Assembly (NCBI RefSeq): GCF_001194135.2
Contig: NC_068983.1
Coordinates: 134,943,645-134,993,738 of the forward strand
Reading direction: 5' to 3'
DNA length: 50,094 nucleotides
DNA from: Octopus bimaculoides
Taxonomy: Eukaryota
The notes under the pieces were generated by a model. That model was not told the DNA's origin. It worked only from the letters and a program-made list of their open reading frames with translations, and did not search any database. The translations under genes were made by a program, and so were the position numbers. Below are positions 37,618 to 49,803 of the stretch, one piece after another (position 1 is the stretch's first letter; each line of letters opens with the position of its first letter).

Positions 37618-39335
37618 AAAACTTGACTGTTGGACAGTGTTTCACGCTTGGACTGAAATATTCCAAACTTTGACCTCTATAAAGCATCCAACCTCATTCC
37701 CTTGGCCACTGTCCTGTCTAATTCAATATATAAATATTTCTGATGAATTTTAAAGACACAAGTAAAATATGTCTAGGCTAATGAAATACTTTTTACACTA
37801 TGTGGCTATAGGTATTACATAGGTAAGTAATGTACAAGCAGGATGAACTTTTTAGCTCCAGTTGTGTTGTTAAAAAATGAAACTAGTGTCTATTTTTCAG
37901 GTAAGTAGACTGAACAAAAATAGAAAACACTTCAAGTTAACACCAATAAACTGGTGTTATGGTAATTTTTTTCAGATAAGTAAACGAGGACTCACCTCCA
38001 AAAGACAATATAGCTAGCTTTGCAAGTGGAAAGTGAGATCTTTTGGGTTGTCACAGGTTTGAAAATTTTCAAATTAGGTATATTGATGTGATTTTTCACA
38101 CTGAATCCACATTTAGGATTCATTCCCAGAAAAATTATGTTATCAAGGTTCAACATTTGATGGTTTTTAGTCAAATCAGAAAACAGGAATTGAAAGCCAG
38201 CATTTTCTGTGTTACAAAATGACTGACAGAAATAACACAGGCACAAAATATCACTCATCAAAAATTGCAGTAGTGGAAATATCAAACTTCAGCTTTGCTT
38301 GTTACTAATGTGAGATTTATGGTCATGTGTATAATGGTGATTTTTGATTGGCTAAAACTACCCAATACTTGCAAATTTTAAAAGCTATTAATTTAAGGCA
38401 AAAATGAATGTCATTTTCACAATTACCATACAAAATTAAATTGGGATCCCAAATTTGAAAACAACTGAAACAAAACTGAAAAAATATGAAATCTGTGACA
38501 GCAACCGAAAAGATCCAAGATGAGATCTAGTAACAAAACAACTGATTCGATTATGTCTTTTTAGCAAACTCGGAGAAAAAGACTGTGATAAGAGGTACTT
38601 TGTGAGCCAATGGAATCAAGAGTTGTGGAAAATTAGAAATAATTTCATTAGGATGATCACACAAAGAAGAAATCCATCAATTAGTAAACCTAACAAAAGC
38701 TGCCAGTCAAGCTATTAAAGTGACTGTCTATTGATGAACAGTCAGTTTTATTTTATGTTATTGCATAAATAGCATGTTTCATTAGTTGTGTGGTTAAGAA
38801 GTTTACTTTCCAGGTGTAATTTTGGGTTTAGTCTCAGTGTGTGACACCTTGAGCAATTGTCTTCTGCTATAACCCTGAGCCAGAAGTGGATTTCATAGAC
38901 AGAAACTGAAAGAAGCTTGCTATGTATGCATATGAAGGTCTAACAACTATAATACGGTTAGACCTTCATGCATTGAAGCCAACAGAAGAATCCACAACGT
39001 TTGTGCTTCCTCATCTTGACATTACATGATAATTGTAAGCAAGGGTTGGCAACAGGAAGGGCATCTGGCCATAGAAAATTTGTCTCAATGAATTCTGTCT
39101 GATTTGTGTAAGCATAGAGAAACAGATGTTAAAACAATACTGATGAGTCTATGTACATGTCCATGGAGAAGAGCTGATAAGACTTCAAAATATATCATAG
39201 GTGATACTGCCAAGAAAACACCAATACAATAGACATTCTCAGTTAACTTTACATTTCTACCTGGATTCCTTGGTATCATTGCAAAGAACTATCAGAGGCC
39301 AAGCTGCTCAAGGGTCTTAAACTCAGCAGTGACAT
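37618..39335 (-). pseudogene. Relic exons 39335-39261, 38222-37996, 37717-37618
   Basis: Phases 0/0, 0/2, 2/0 match. The middle exon is a fully open 75 codons ending WR|GTGAGT; each flanking exon has one TGA. Confidence 0.6.
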
Positions 39336-40219
39336 CTAATGAAACATCAATTATATAATATTCTGAGTCTTTGCATCAGTGAAATGCACCTATTCATAGC
39401 TGGATGTTGTGAGCATTAAAAATATTAACCAATATACAGTTTATGAATGATCAATTCTTCAGTTAGTGCAATGCTACATTAATTTGGTTTACTATTACTT
39501 TATATAATATTAAACAACTACACTGAATTTCAACAATTCATTGCATGTGGGGTGAACATTACATGTTAGTTTCTTGTATAGGTATAAGCTGTAAGGTTTA
39601 TATGAGATAAATAAAGCTTATGTTTACACCAAAAGGTATTCATTTGTGATGTAAGTGAAATAACTGTTATTGACACAAGAATCAGTTCAAATGAGTTCTT
39701 TCAACCCTATAGTTCTGTCCTGCAAAGTGTAATCACATTTACACAACTATATGATTTCATTGTTATAGGAAAGAGAAATGGGATTGCAAGCAGCTCATTC
39801 CTTTCTCAAGGGTATCTGCAACAAGTGATATGGCTCAAAACATGAATAGGTAAACATGATACACAAGCTTTCATTTTCCTCACACAGCAAAAGACACACT
39901 ACACACACACACACACACATTCATATATGCTTTATTATACATGAAACATGTTTGGGCAGATTATATTATGAAGAACCAAAATATTGTTTTTACTTGTGAG
40001 AAATAACAATGTTATTTGAATAAATGAATATCAGCAATTATGTATGTTTTTTTTTTCTTTTCCAACATTGCACTGATGAGAGAATTGTTCTAAACCCATA
40101 CCCTCAACAATGCATAAAGGTATCACAGTAAGGTGAGCTGAATGTCCAAGATTGAAAAACAGGAAAAAATTCAACAGTCAATTATTATTCAGAATAACAT
40201 CAACCAATTATGGTTGATG

Positions 40220-40328
40220 TTAAAAATATTGTAGAAGTGATGTGGCAATAAAACCACCAGCCCACAGAGCTGGAACAATGACAAATGATAATTTGGAGAG
40301 AAGCATTATACCAGATATACCATGACCA
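40220..40328 (-). CDS. yeeE: YeeE-like terminal exon (IGHGISGIMLLSKLSFVIVPALWAGGFIATSLLQYF*)
   Basis: Acceptor tttttctacttgcag; GHG motif; TAA at 40222-40220. Confidence 0.87.
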
Positions 40329-41328
40329 CTGCAAGTAGAAAAATTTAGAATTACTTAAGATGTTGAAGTGCAATTTTTGTTTTACATATACCTTCATTAT
40401 ATACATATATCATCATCATCATCTTTTAACATATATGTTCCAAACTGGTTTGGGTTGGATGGTTTGACAGAATCTAATGGGTTCAAGGATCGCATCATGC
40501 TACAATATATGTGGGGAAAGTCTTTGCATTCTGAGTTCAAATTCCGCTGAGGTCGACTTTGCCTTTCATCCTTTCGGGGTGGATGAATTAAGTACCAGTT
40601 GCATACTGGGGTCAATCTAATCGACTGGCTCCCTCCCCAAAATTTTAAGGCCTTGTGCCTAGAGTAGAAAAGAATATATGTGCAGGAAGGGTTGACTTAT
40701 ACATTGCTTAAAATTTTCATGAGTGTGAGAGCACATCTATCTCGTTATCTTTAAGTTTGCTTACCGTGTAGCATGGGTAGGTTGTTTTGTCAGGATCTAA
40801 CAGATTGGAGAGCTATGCTTTGCCCCAATGTTTGTTGTTGTTATTGTAGGAGGGGGAGGAAAAGAGTCTAAGTAGAGGGAGGCAGTAGTCCACAAACTCG
40901 AAAGATGAAAGGTAAAGTTAACCTTGGCAGGATTTGAACTCAGCAAGTAAAGGATCAGAACAAATGCTACAAGTTCTTATTCTCAACATATGTACTCTCC
41001 ACTCCTTGAATAAGACATCGCATAAACATCAACTTATTCTGACAAGACTGAACGCTTGGTCATTCTGTTACAAATCAGTAACAGAATGTTATTGTTGTAG
41101 TAGTAGTAGTGGTGGTGGTGATGGTGGCAACATAGACAGCAGCAGCAGAAGTTGATCAACCATAAACACTTAATTGTTGTTTATATAAAGAAACATTTCT
41201 TACTGGGAAATGGGTGCAAGAGTGGCCGTGAAGAGACACAAGGCACGTTATATAAACCTGCCTAATCTCAATGCCTCAGTGGCAAGAAGCTATTAGTAGC
41301 TCTTACCTTAAAGACTGCGTAAATTAAA

Positions 41329-41363
<35 letters not shown>

Positions 41364-44300
41364 CATTTGTGTTCTTTGAAAATTGCTGAGCTACAAGTGT
41401 TGATGTTCTCATATCTCCTTCAACAAATCATTCACAGGGTTAGTGACAGAACAAGCATTCAGCTATAAAACAATGTTGCAATAATATATTCATCTAGCCC
41501 ACGCTAGCATGGAAAAATAGATGTAAAAATTAAAGGTGTGTGTGTTGTGTGTAAGTGTGTGCGCATGCATATGTGTATGCGTGTATTTCAGCAAAAGATG
41601 TAAACATTAAGAACAACTGATAACCAATGCTTAGAAACAAAAACTCCTAATGGTATTTTTTGCACCCAAGTTATAACAACCCTGATCACTGATGCTATTG
41701 TAAATGCAGTGAATCTGTAGTTCGTCCAACAGAAACTCATAATCAATAATGCTTTGGTTACATATTGTAATATAAGATAAATATAACTATACTTACATGT
41801 AACATCCTGCAGCCATCATTGATCCCCAAGATACTAGAACACCACCGAAAAAGGCTTGGTTTCTCGTAACTCGGCTGTATTCATAATTATATGAATGAAA
41901 TGATGAAAAATAAGCTCCAAGTATTAGTCCAAGACTAAAAAATATCTGAAAATTATTGCAGAATAGAAATAATATGGTGATTTATTACTATAGATTAAGA
42001 AGAATACAACAGTTAAAGTTAGAACTACAACATGATTCCAGGGAGAGTATGATTCTGTCAATTACAAATTTGATGGTTCCAGTTAATTCGATCAATGGAA
42101 CAACCTGCTTGTGAAATTAACATGCAAGTGGCTGAGTGCTCTACAGACACACATACTCTTAACATAGTTCGCAGGGAGATTCAGTGTGACACAGAATGTG
42201 AAAAGGCTGGCCCTTTGAATTGCAGGTGCAAACTGATTGAACTGGAGCAATGAGAAATAAAGTGTCTTGTTCAAGGACACAACAAGCTGCTGGGAACTGA
42301 ACTCACAACCTTACAATCATGAGTTGAATACCCTAACCATTAAGCCATCTGGCTTCTCCAAGATATTATACTAATAATATAAAGACTGTCAGAGTTGGCA
42401 AAAATGGTAATGTACTAGTTAAAATATTTTTATAATTAGTAAAAATAATGGTATTTTAACAGTCATTAGTTTCATCCAAATTCATGCTAGTCATTAACAT
42501 TTCCATAATTAAAAGAAATCAATTCACAACAAAAATACATCATATGCCTGGTGAAACATTATCATCAGCAGCAGCATCGTTTTAATGCCCACTTCTCACT
42601 GCCTGCATAGGTTGGACAGAATTTATTGAGGCAGACTTTCTACAGCCAGATGCCCTTCCTGTCACTAGCCCTCACCTGTTTCCAAGAAAGAAATATTTCC
42701 CTATGGTCAGACACGTTTCTACAGAATATTGGAAATGAATGACAGTGACACTCACAACTTGTCATGTAATGTCAAGACAAAGCAACACACACAGCCAATG
42801 GGCTTCTTTCAGTTTCCATGAACCAAATCCAGTGACATGGCTTTGGTCAGCCTAGGATTATAGTAGAAGACTCTTGCCCAAGGTACCACACAGTAAGACT
42901 GAAACTGAAATCATGTGGTTGGGAAGCAAGCTTCTTAACCAAATAGCCATAACTACTGTGGAGGCAAGTTCCTGATGGATAGAGTGGGCCAACCCATCTC
43001 AATTTCCACATAGAACCACTACATTTCAATGGGTTAGATAGTTTATTACCAATGGTCAACATAGCTTCTATACCTACAATTATGACAATAACCACTGTCA
43101 TCATCATCATTTAACATGCATTTTCCATACTAGCACAGGGTGGAAGTTTGACAGGAGCTGGCAAAGCCAGGATCCATACCAAGCTCCATTGTCTGTTTGG
43201 CATTGTTGTTACAGCTGGATGTTCTTCCTACTGCCAACCAATTTATAAAGTGTGCTGGGTGCTTTTTACATGATGCCAGCAGCAGTGCTTTTTTTTTTTT
43301 TTTTTTTTGGAGGGGGGATATTTTGTATATGCACAGAGTGGAAAGGTTTTCAGTCATATAATATAACCAATAAGAAGATGCCAAATGAGAAAGCCTCTAT
43401 GTTTTTCTAACAACTTGCTCAAAATAGCAACAAAATCTCCACAAATAACATCCTAACATCTTAAAAAAAGGAAGAACACATTGAATCATGTAATCTTGGA
43501 TACATTATGCCCATGAAAATATCAATCAGAGGTCAGCTTAATCAGGTCTAACTTGAAACTAAACAACAATATTTATTTCATTGTTAATAATATGGAAGAA
43601 GATATGAATGAATATTATGTCAGCTTCTCCATCTCGTTCACTTAATACATAAAATACAGTATTTAAATCAATATTTGAATTTCATCATTCTAATTCAACT
43701 AAAATTACAAAAACATGTCTGATGTTTGCTGAATTGAAAACTGATAAGTTAAAGAGTAGATAATTTCTATATTAAATGTCAAAAGCAGGACTCACCCAGA
43801 AGTACTCAGTTGAAATTTTAGAAGACTTTGATGGAAGTTTTCCTTTTTTAAAAATACTCATCAATGTTTTATTGATAACAGTAAAAACTTCACTGTTTGC
43901 TATAAAAGAAATTTAAATATATAAGAGAGTGAGTGTGTGTGTTTGTGTGTGTTTATTTGCATTATGGGAGTGTGTATTTGTTTGTTCTTTGTAAATATGT
44001 GTCAGTTTGTTATAAATATTTATTACACGAGTGTATTTTTTTCAGTATCTTTCAATATTGAAAGCAATTCAAATTCAATTTTTTTTATTATATATTTTGT
44101 CACAAAGTGGATTGTATTTAAAGCTAATCCTTCAACCAAGAAAATGGACAGCCACCTATTTTTCAAGTTAATATGCATCCTTCATTCCTTCTTAAGTCCC
44201 TGTACACAAGCACTATTTAGATGTAACCTAGTCACCTCATTCAAGACCAACACTACTTCCACAAACAAAAACCGCAAACATCTTCCAATGAAGACTTAGC

Positions 44301-47300
44301 AACTTAATCTTCAACAGAATAAAGACATAATCACTACACACATCAAGGAAAACAGTTTTGCACTCTCTACACATGAAAAACAAAGTCAGGACAACAGGCC
44401 TCACAGTTGAATATATAACTGCCAAAACTGCATCTCAGAGATAAATCTTCCACTTCAAGGCCATAAAAGACTTTAACTCTGATTAATTGCTGACCTACTA
44501 AGACAAACATTAGAGTACAGCTTACATATCTAGAACAGTGATGTTGTTACACAAACATCTTAAATTACACCCCAAAACAGGTCATTTGATTGATTTACAA
44601 AAATTTACTCACCGACACACTACAACCACTGACTAAAAGATGAGCTGTTTCCATTCTCTGTCTCTGTTGTTGCTACTACAATTGTTTGTCATGGAACTGC
44701 TTAGCTACAGACTCCCTCCACCTAGGCCTACTTGATACATCTGTCTCTTTCTTCCTCTTACCCTCACCACTGTATCTCATTCACCACATCCAGACAATTT
44801 TTCCAATCCTTCCAACCAGAATATTATCTTCAGGAATACACTCTACACTTAAATTTTCCTGGAGGCATCAACCTTTAGAGATTCAAAGTGAACACCAATC
44901 ACATCAAACCCACTACAATAGGAGGACCTGTAAAGATCAAGAGTAGTACCCCTTCTCTGTGACTAACTTATCCTCATGATTTTTAACAACAGATGAGAGA
45001 TTAGAATAAAACATCCTTCCACCACCTACCCCTATTTTTTTTTTCTCTGTTAGCCCTAACAAAATTTGTCAACTTAATCATCAATATTAATTACCTTACA
45101 ACTACCATCATCAGTGCTGTCATCAACATCTTCTTCTTACAGCCTCTTTCCATGCTGTCATGTGTTGGACAGGTCTTTACAGTTGAAGTTAGTTCTTATT
45201 CTAAATTACTGCCAGCCTAAACAAATTTAAGGACCATGTCACACTCATATGTTCCAATTTTGGCATGGCTTCTACAGCTTCTTAATTCTTAATTTAGAAT
45301 AATTCATTGAAAACGTCATCAAAATATTATTGAGATATTTTAGATGAAGTCTCTCTTGTAAGAATTGCTTCTACTGTTGTAAAGAGAAACAGTAAAAACT
45401 GAAAATTTTACACATCCTCTCCAAGCCACTGACTCTGAACCAGAATGATATCTCATTTAAACATGAAAGATTATACCTTGATAACAAAAAAATATAAATA
45501 CAACAGCAAAGGTGAGACTTACTGATAACTTTGTTAAAACTTCCTATAAGAATTAGTTGCAATATGGCAGTTGAAATTCCAATGAGATATGGAGACCAAA
45601 CTGGAGCAAATAACCAGCTTCCACCACCAAATCTAACCTAATTAAATAAAAAAGAATGTATAATATATCAAATCATTAAAGTTTCGTCATAATCTTTATA
45701 TTTTATTTAGCTTTCTTTCTTGATAATAAGTATGTTAACTCCACTGCTTATAAGACAGAAGTGACAAATGACTGAATTAATAAAGTGCTGGATTACTGAG
45801 AAACCAAACAGTCTGTGTCTCACCACTGTTACTGGGCTATATTTGTGGCCAAGACACTTAATTTTCTATAGTTAAGTCCACCAAACTGTAAATAGTAACC
45901 ATTTATAGAGACCACTTATTACTGCAATGTGTAGGAGCACCGTATAATTAAAGAATATTTTATTAGATTGCAATGCTGAATTCAAAACTTCTAAAAGACT
46001 GAATAAAGTAAGAAGCTTCAACAGTTACTGCAGCTTCCTTAATGGCTAGACAATTTGAGGATTGTTTCCATTTTAATTATGCACCCTGGTCTAATTTAGG
46101 CTGGAGTGACAGTTTATCCTACATTAAATTCGTTGTCCCAAACATAGACTCACTACAGATTCATTTCTTAAATATGTTTGTACCCCACCAGCACTGGTGT
46201 GCTCAAGTCTCCATAACTTAGCAGTTTGGCAAACGAGACCAATAGAATAAGCACCAGGCTTTAAAAAAATAAGTATTGGGGATGATTCGATCAACTAAAA
46301 TTCTTCAAGGTGGTGCCCCAGGATGGCCACGGTCTAATGATTGAAACAAGTAAAAGAAAAGTGTGAAAGATCATATTTTGGTAAAAATAAACCAGAACAT
46401 GGTTCTTTCTCCCAGCTCTATGTTTATAATTCCCATATCAAATGCTTGTCTTTGTGAAGATATTTCATATAAATTTAAATTATCTTTGGAGCTATTCTTT
46501 ATTAAAAGTTCAACTTTGAGAAAACTCTTTTTTTTTCAAGAAATATAAAAATGAATAAAGTATCAAGAGTAAAAGTTGTAACACTAAATTTCAATGTAAC
46601 AATGACACTTACCAAATATTCATTCTGCCAAGGCTTATGAAGCTCTAAGAAAAACGTTACAGTCGCCAGGATTACAGCTAAAGGCATTGCCACATTGAAG
46701 TAAGGTGTCGACATGGAGTAATGTAAACTACAATTAAAAATGATTAATATTTTTTTTTAAGTGTGATTCCACTATAATTTCTAAATAGATATAAAATAGG
46801 TATTTATAACATATGGTCAAATTCAGTCTTGCAATGCACATGCTACTCTTTGATTCTTAATATGAGACACACAAAACTATTTAGCTAAAATACTTTTTGC
46901 ATCCAATTAATGTGAAAAAAAATGCATAAAATTAATTCAAAAAGGGATGAAATACAAATGTTTTCAATATAATTACCTAAATGAACTTACCTACCTATTT
47001 ACCCTGTGCAGTCCTCTGGACTACTTCTCTCATATTAACTTTTCCTGTAACTTGAGGATATGCCCTGACACGCACTACCATCTTCTCTTTTTTTCCAACT
47101 AGGACAGCCATGTATCATTTCTACAGCAAGACACCTGTTCCTGTCTCTCTATCATACTTTAAACTTTCATTACCTTGCATAAATCCACCCCCACTCAACA
47201 CTACACTCACCTCAGTTGAAGGGTCATGTCTTATAAGTTATTTGCTGAGCTCACTCATGCAAGTGCCATCTAAAAAAAATGTATCTAGTACAGTCTGTGA

Positions 47301-49803
47301 AGTGGTTGGCAATAAGATCATTCAGCCATAGAAATCATGCCACAGCAGACATTAGAGTTTGGGTGCAGTCCTCTAGTTCATTGGCTCCTGTCAAATTATC
47401 CAACCCATGCCAGTATGAAAAACAGATGATGATGATATGGCTATCATTTCCATCTTCATGTTCTTATCTCTTGTCACAAAGATTTATACATATCTGTCCA
47501 TCCTTCCTCTGAACAATTTTGTCTTTATCATTCCCTCCATTTCTACAAACATTTTATTCTTTACATACAGACCAATGATCATAAGTGTAATAATAATGTA
47601 ACGATCACAGATCACATTCCTCTGCTAACTACCTTTACCATCTCATTTTTTTCGTTGTGTATATATATATATATATTTCCATTTGGCCATATCCCACTTT
47701 GCTTTCTCACTTCCCCCACTTCATTTGACCTGGTCCTAACCACCTCCCTCTCCTTTCAGTTGATCTGAATCTTGTCACAAGCTCTTCTACCCCTTTCTTC
47801 TATATTACTTCCTCCCACTCCTACAGCTTAACTCACAACCTACTCACATCAGTTCTCATTTTTCTCTCTTCTCTTCCCACACTAACCATCCTTGACTACT
47901 CTCTTCTTTATTCACTTCTTCATTTGTGACTTAAGAACTAAGCTACTGCATTTCTACATTTTTTTCTCTCTCCTCAAACAAAGATAAGTATCTGAAACTC
48001 TAGAATTCTCTTCTTCACAACACAAAATTTGTTTAAATTTTTGTCAATGTAAAACATCACTACTTTCACTGAATTCTGCTATTTTACTGCTCTAATTTTC
48101 AGCTAGAACTTGGTATCCCTACCATTTTATAGAGTTCAGTGATCAATTCAAAATAAAATATACCACTAACAATATACCACTTAAAAATTAACTGCATTAT
48201 AATTTACCTCATTATTGCTATCCTCTTGTTTGGAAGGATTTGCAAAGAGACTGTGAGCCTGTCTGTCCTAAAACTAATGCAAATAAAGAAATGATACAAA
48301 GACAACAAAAGTCTTAGAAAATATTATATGGTTACTTACTAAGTTTGTCTGGATGTTTTACTTTTAGCAGCAAGAGGAGGAATAACATCATATAAAACTG
48401 TACCACAGTAAGCCCCAAGGAATACATAAAGAGCATAAGGTACACCTGAACCCAGTTGAACAAACATAGAAACAGGACACTGGAGAAAATGTGAAAAGAT
48501 AAAATGAAATTAGTTTCCTGTCTTAATTTGTTAGTTTGTTGCTATAATTGTTATAGGATGTAGAATTGGTAGAATCTTTTGAGCCTTGAACAGAATACCT
48601 TGTGGTATTTGCTCTGGTCCCTTATGTTCTGATTTCATCTCATCTTTTTGCCAGGTAGTGTATCTATGATTACATTATCCAATAAGTCATTTTATAAGGC
48701 AATAAGGTGTGATTTAAAGAAGATTTTTATTTCTATTTCTAGCAGGTTAAGTGACCGGGAAGATGCTCCCTCACAGTTTACTTGACACATAGACATATAT
48801 GGCACAGCAATGGGCTAGATACTTCATATGACCTAGATTTGGTCCACTGTTCACAATTTAGAAAATGAAGGACACATTGGATAATGTATTTCTAGATACA
48901 CTGACAGAAAAAGGTAAGCTAGTATGATAAAAAATTGAATGCCTTTGAGCATAGATTTGCATGATCAATGATCAACTGATGCTAAACAACAGTGACAACT
49001 GATGTTAAGAAGGCTAAGTTGATCATGGTAGGATTTCATTGAGATAGATATGTAAGTTTGTTTGTTTTTTTTTTATATGGTTTTGAGATGAAATCCTACC
49101 ATGATCAACTTAGCCTTCTTAACATCAGTTGTCACTGGCAAAAGGATGAGATGAAATCAGAACATAAGGGACCAGAGCAAATACCACAAGGTATTCTATT
49201 CAAGGCTCAAAAGATTCTACTAGATTTTTTAAAAAGTTATATTTTAAAGTATTAATGATCTTTGTAGATAAAAAATCTGTTTTTTTATAGGTACAGGCAC
49301 GACTGTATTGTTAAGAATTTCACTTTGCAGCCAGAAAAGGTTTTGGGTTCAATCCTATCACATGACACCTTGAGCAAGTGTCTTCTACTAGAACCATGTC
49401 TTATGAGTGAATTTGGTAGGTGGAAACTGTGTTGAAGCACGTGTGTGTGTGTGTTTATCACCTCACTGCTCTACTTTGTGTATGTCCTTGTAACTTGGTA
49501 TTTCAGTAAAAGAGATAGAGTAAGTACCAAACTTAAAAACAAAAAAAACTGAGTACTGGAGTTGATATATTCGAGTAAACTCTTCAATGATTGAAACAAG
49601 AGAAAGATAAAAGATAGTGTTATTATCGAGATTCTAGAGACTTACAGCTCCAGCACATGCCACACCAGCTCCCATAAACAGCCCTCCAAGAATGCCAGAC
49701 AAGTAGGATTGATCAATCAGATTAGCAGAATGGTAGATCAAGGTATTTTCAACTGCTCCACCATGTCCTTGAAGCATGCTTGCAATAGAGCAGAGAAACA
49801 TGC
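40220..49803 (-). CDS. yeeE: YeeE/YedE-family (TsuA-like, Sulf_transp) thiosulfate/sulfur-compound transporter, 5'-partial; exons 49803-49646, 48479-48340, 46727-46613, 45637-45523, 43899-43796, 41945-41797, 40328-40220
   Basis: Seven GT-AG exons, phases matched (0,2,0,1,0,2), no internal stop, about 295 aa. Two family motifs: ILGGLFMGAGVACAGA-CP and FFGGVLVSWGSMMAAGC-YIGHGISG; WSPY motif; many hydrophobic Gly-rich helices. Confidence 0.87.
40490..40680 (+). mobile_element. SINE (aattccgctgaggtcgactttgcctttcatcctttcggggt family); related copies at about 20230-20350, 36290-36490, 40860-41000, 46170-46360, 49490-49620
   Basis: Recurrent motifs gactttgcctttcatcctttcgggg, ttaagtaccagtt, gatctaatcgact. 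Confidence 0.65.
41797..41945 (-). CDS. yeeE: YeeE-like exon (IFFSLGLILGAYFSS...AFFGGVLVSWGSMMAAGCY)
   Basis: Acceptor ataattttcag; donor AT|GTAAGT; second family motif. Confidence 0.87.
42090..42358 (-). mobile_element. tRNA-derived SINE, same family as 18360
   Basis: A/B-box-like head gatggcttaatggttaggg...gtgagttcagttccc plus shared body. Confidence 0.7.
43796..43899 (-). CDS. yeeE: YeeE-like exon (NSEVFTVINKTLMSIFKKGKLPSKSSKISTEYFW)
   Basis: Acceptor tttcttttatag; donor TGG|GTGAGT; phase 1 to 0 bridges its neighbours. Confidence 0.78.
44170..44640 (+). mobile_element. Possible degenerate Penelope-like (GIY-YIG) fragment; similar debris at about 16090-16260 and 29500-29900
   Basis: A/C-skewed decayed frames; APTYTANKKDCRFC at 16120 resembles the C-x-x-C tail of Penelope endonucleases. 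Confidence 0.35.
45523..45637 (-). CDS. yeeE: YeeE-like exon (VRFGGGSWLFAPVWSPYLIGISTAILQLILIGSFNKVI)
   Basis: Acceptor cttttttatttaattag; donor A|GTAAGT. Confidence 0.85.
46613..46727 (-). CDS. yeeE: YeeE-like exon (LHYSMSTPYFNVAMPLAVILATVTFFLELHKPWQNEYL)
   Basis: Acceptor tttttaattgtag; donor TTG|GTAAGT. Confidence 0.85.
48340..48479 (-). CDS. yeeE: YeeE-like exon (CPVSMFVQLGSGVPYALYVFLGAYCGTVLYDV...)
   Basis: Acceptor cacattttctccag; donor |GTAAGT; supplies the conserved Cys-Pro. Confidence 0.87.
49646..49803 (-). CDS. yeeE: YeeE-like exon (MFLCSIASML...ILGGLFMGAGVACAGA)
   Basis: Acceptor ctatatttcag; donor GCT|GTAAGT; lies within track ORF 49634-49840. Confidence 0.87.

Larger units (their letters stand above)
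329..39335 (-). pseudogene. Decayed multi-exon gene of an unidentified large, probably membrane, protein that spans GPATCH2 antisense
   Basis: More than 20 GT-AG-bounded segments on - with coding-like reading frames, runs of mutually phase-compatible exons, and scattered stops/frameshifts. Linking all segments into one gene is inference. Confidence 0.65.

Noticed and set aside
329-39335. RNA editing or assembly error as the explanation for all relic stops
   Set aside because: There are TAA stops, tandem stops, frameshifts and microsatellite insertions in many exons, while the neighbouring GPATCH2 and YeeE exons are error-free.
42847-43110. Candidate YeeE exon (IEAMLTIGNKLSNP...)
   Set aside because: It lacks a good donor and runs into a SINE; exon 43899-43796 already bridges the phases.
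40220-49803. Bacterial contamination as the source of the YeeE-like sequence
   Set aside because: Six spliceosomal introns containing host SINEs, and AT-rich host-like codon usage.
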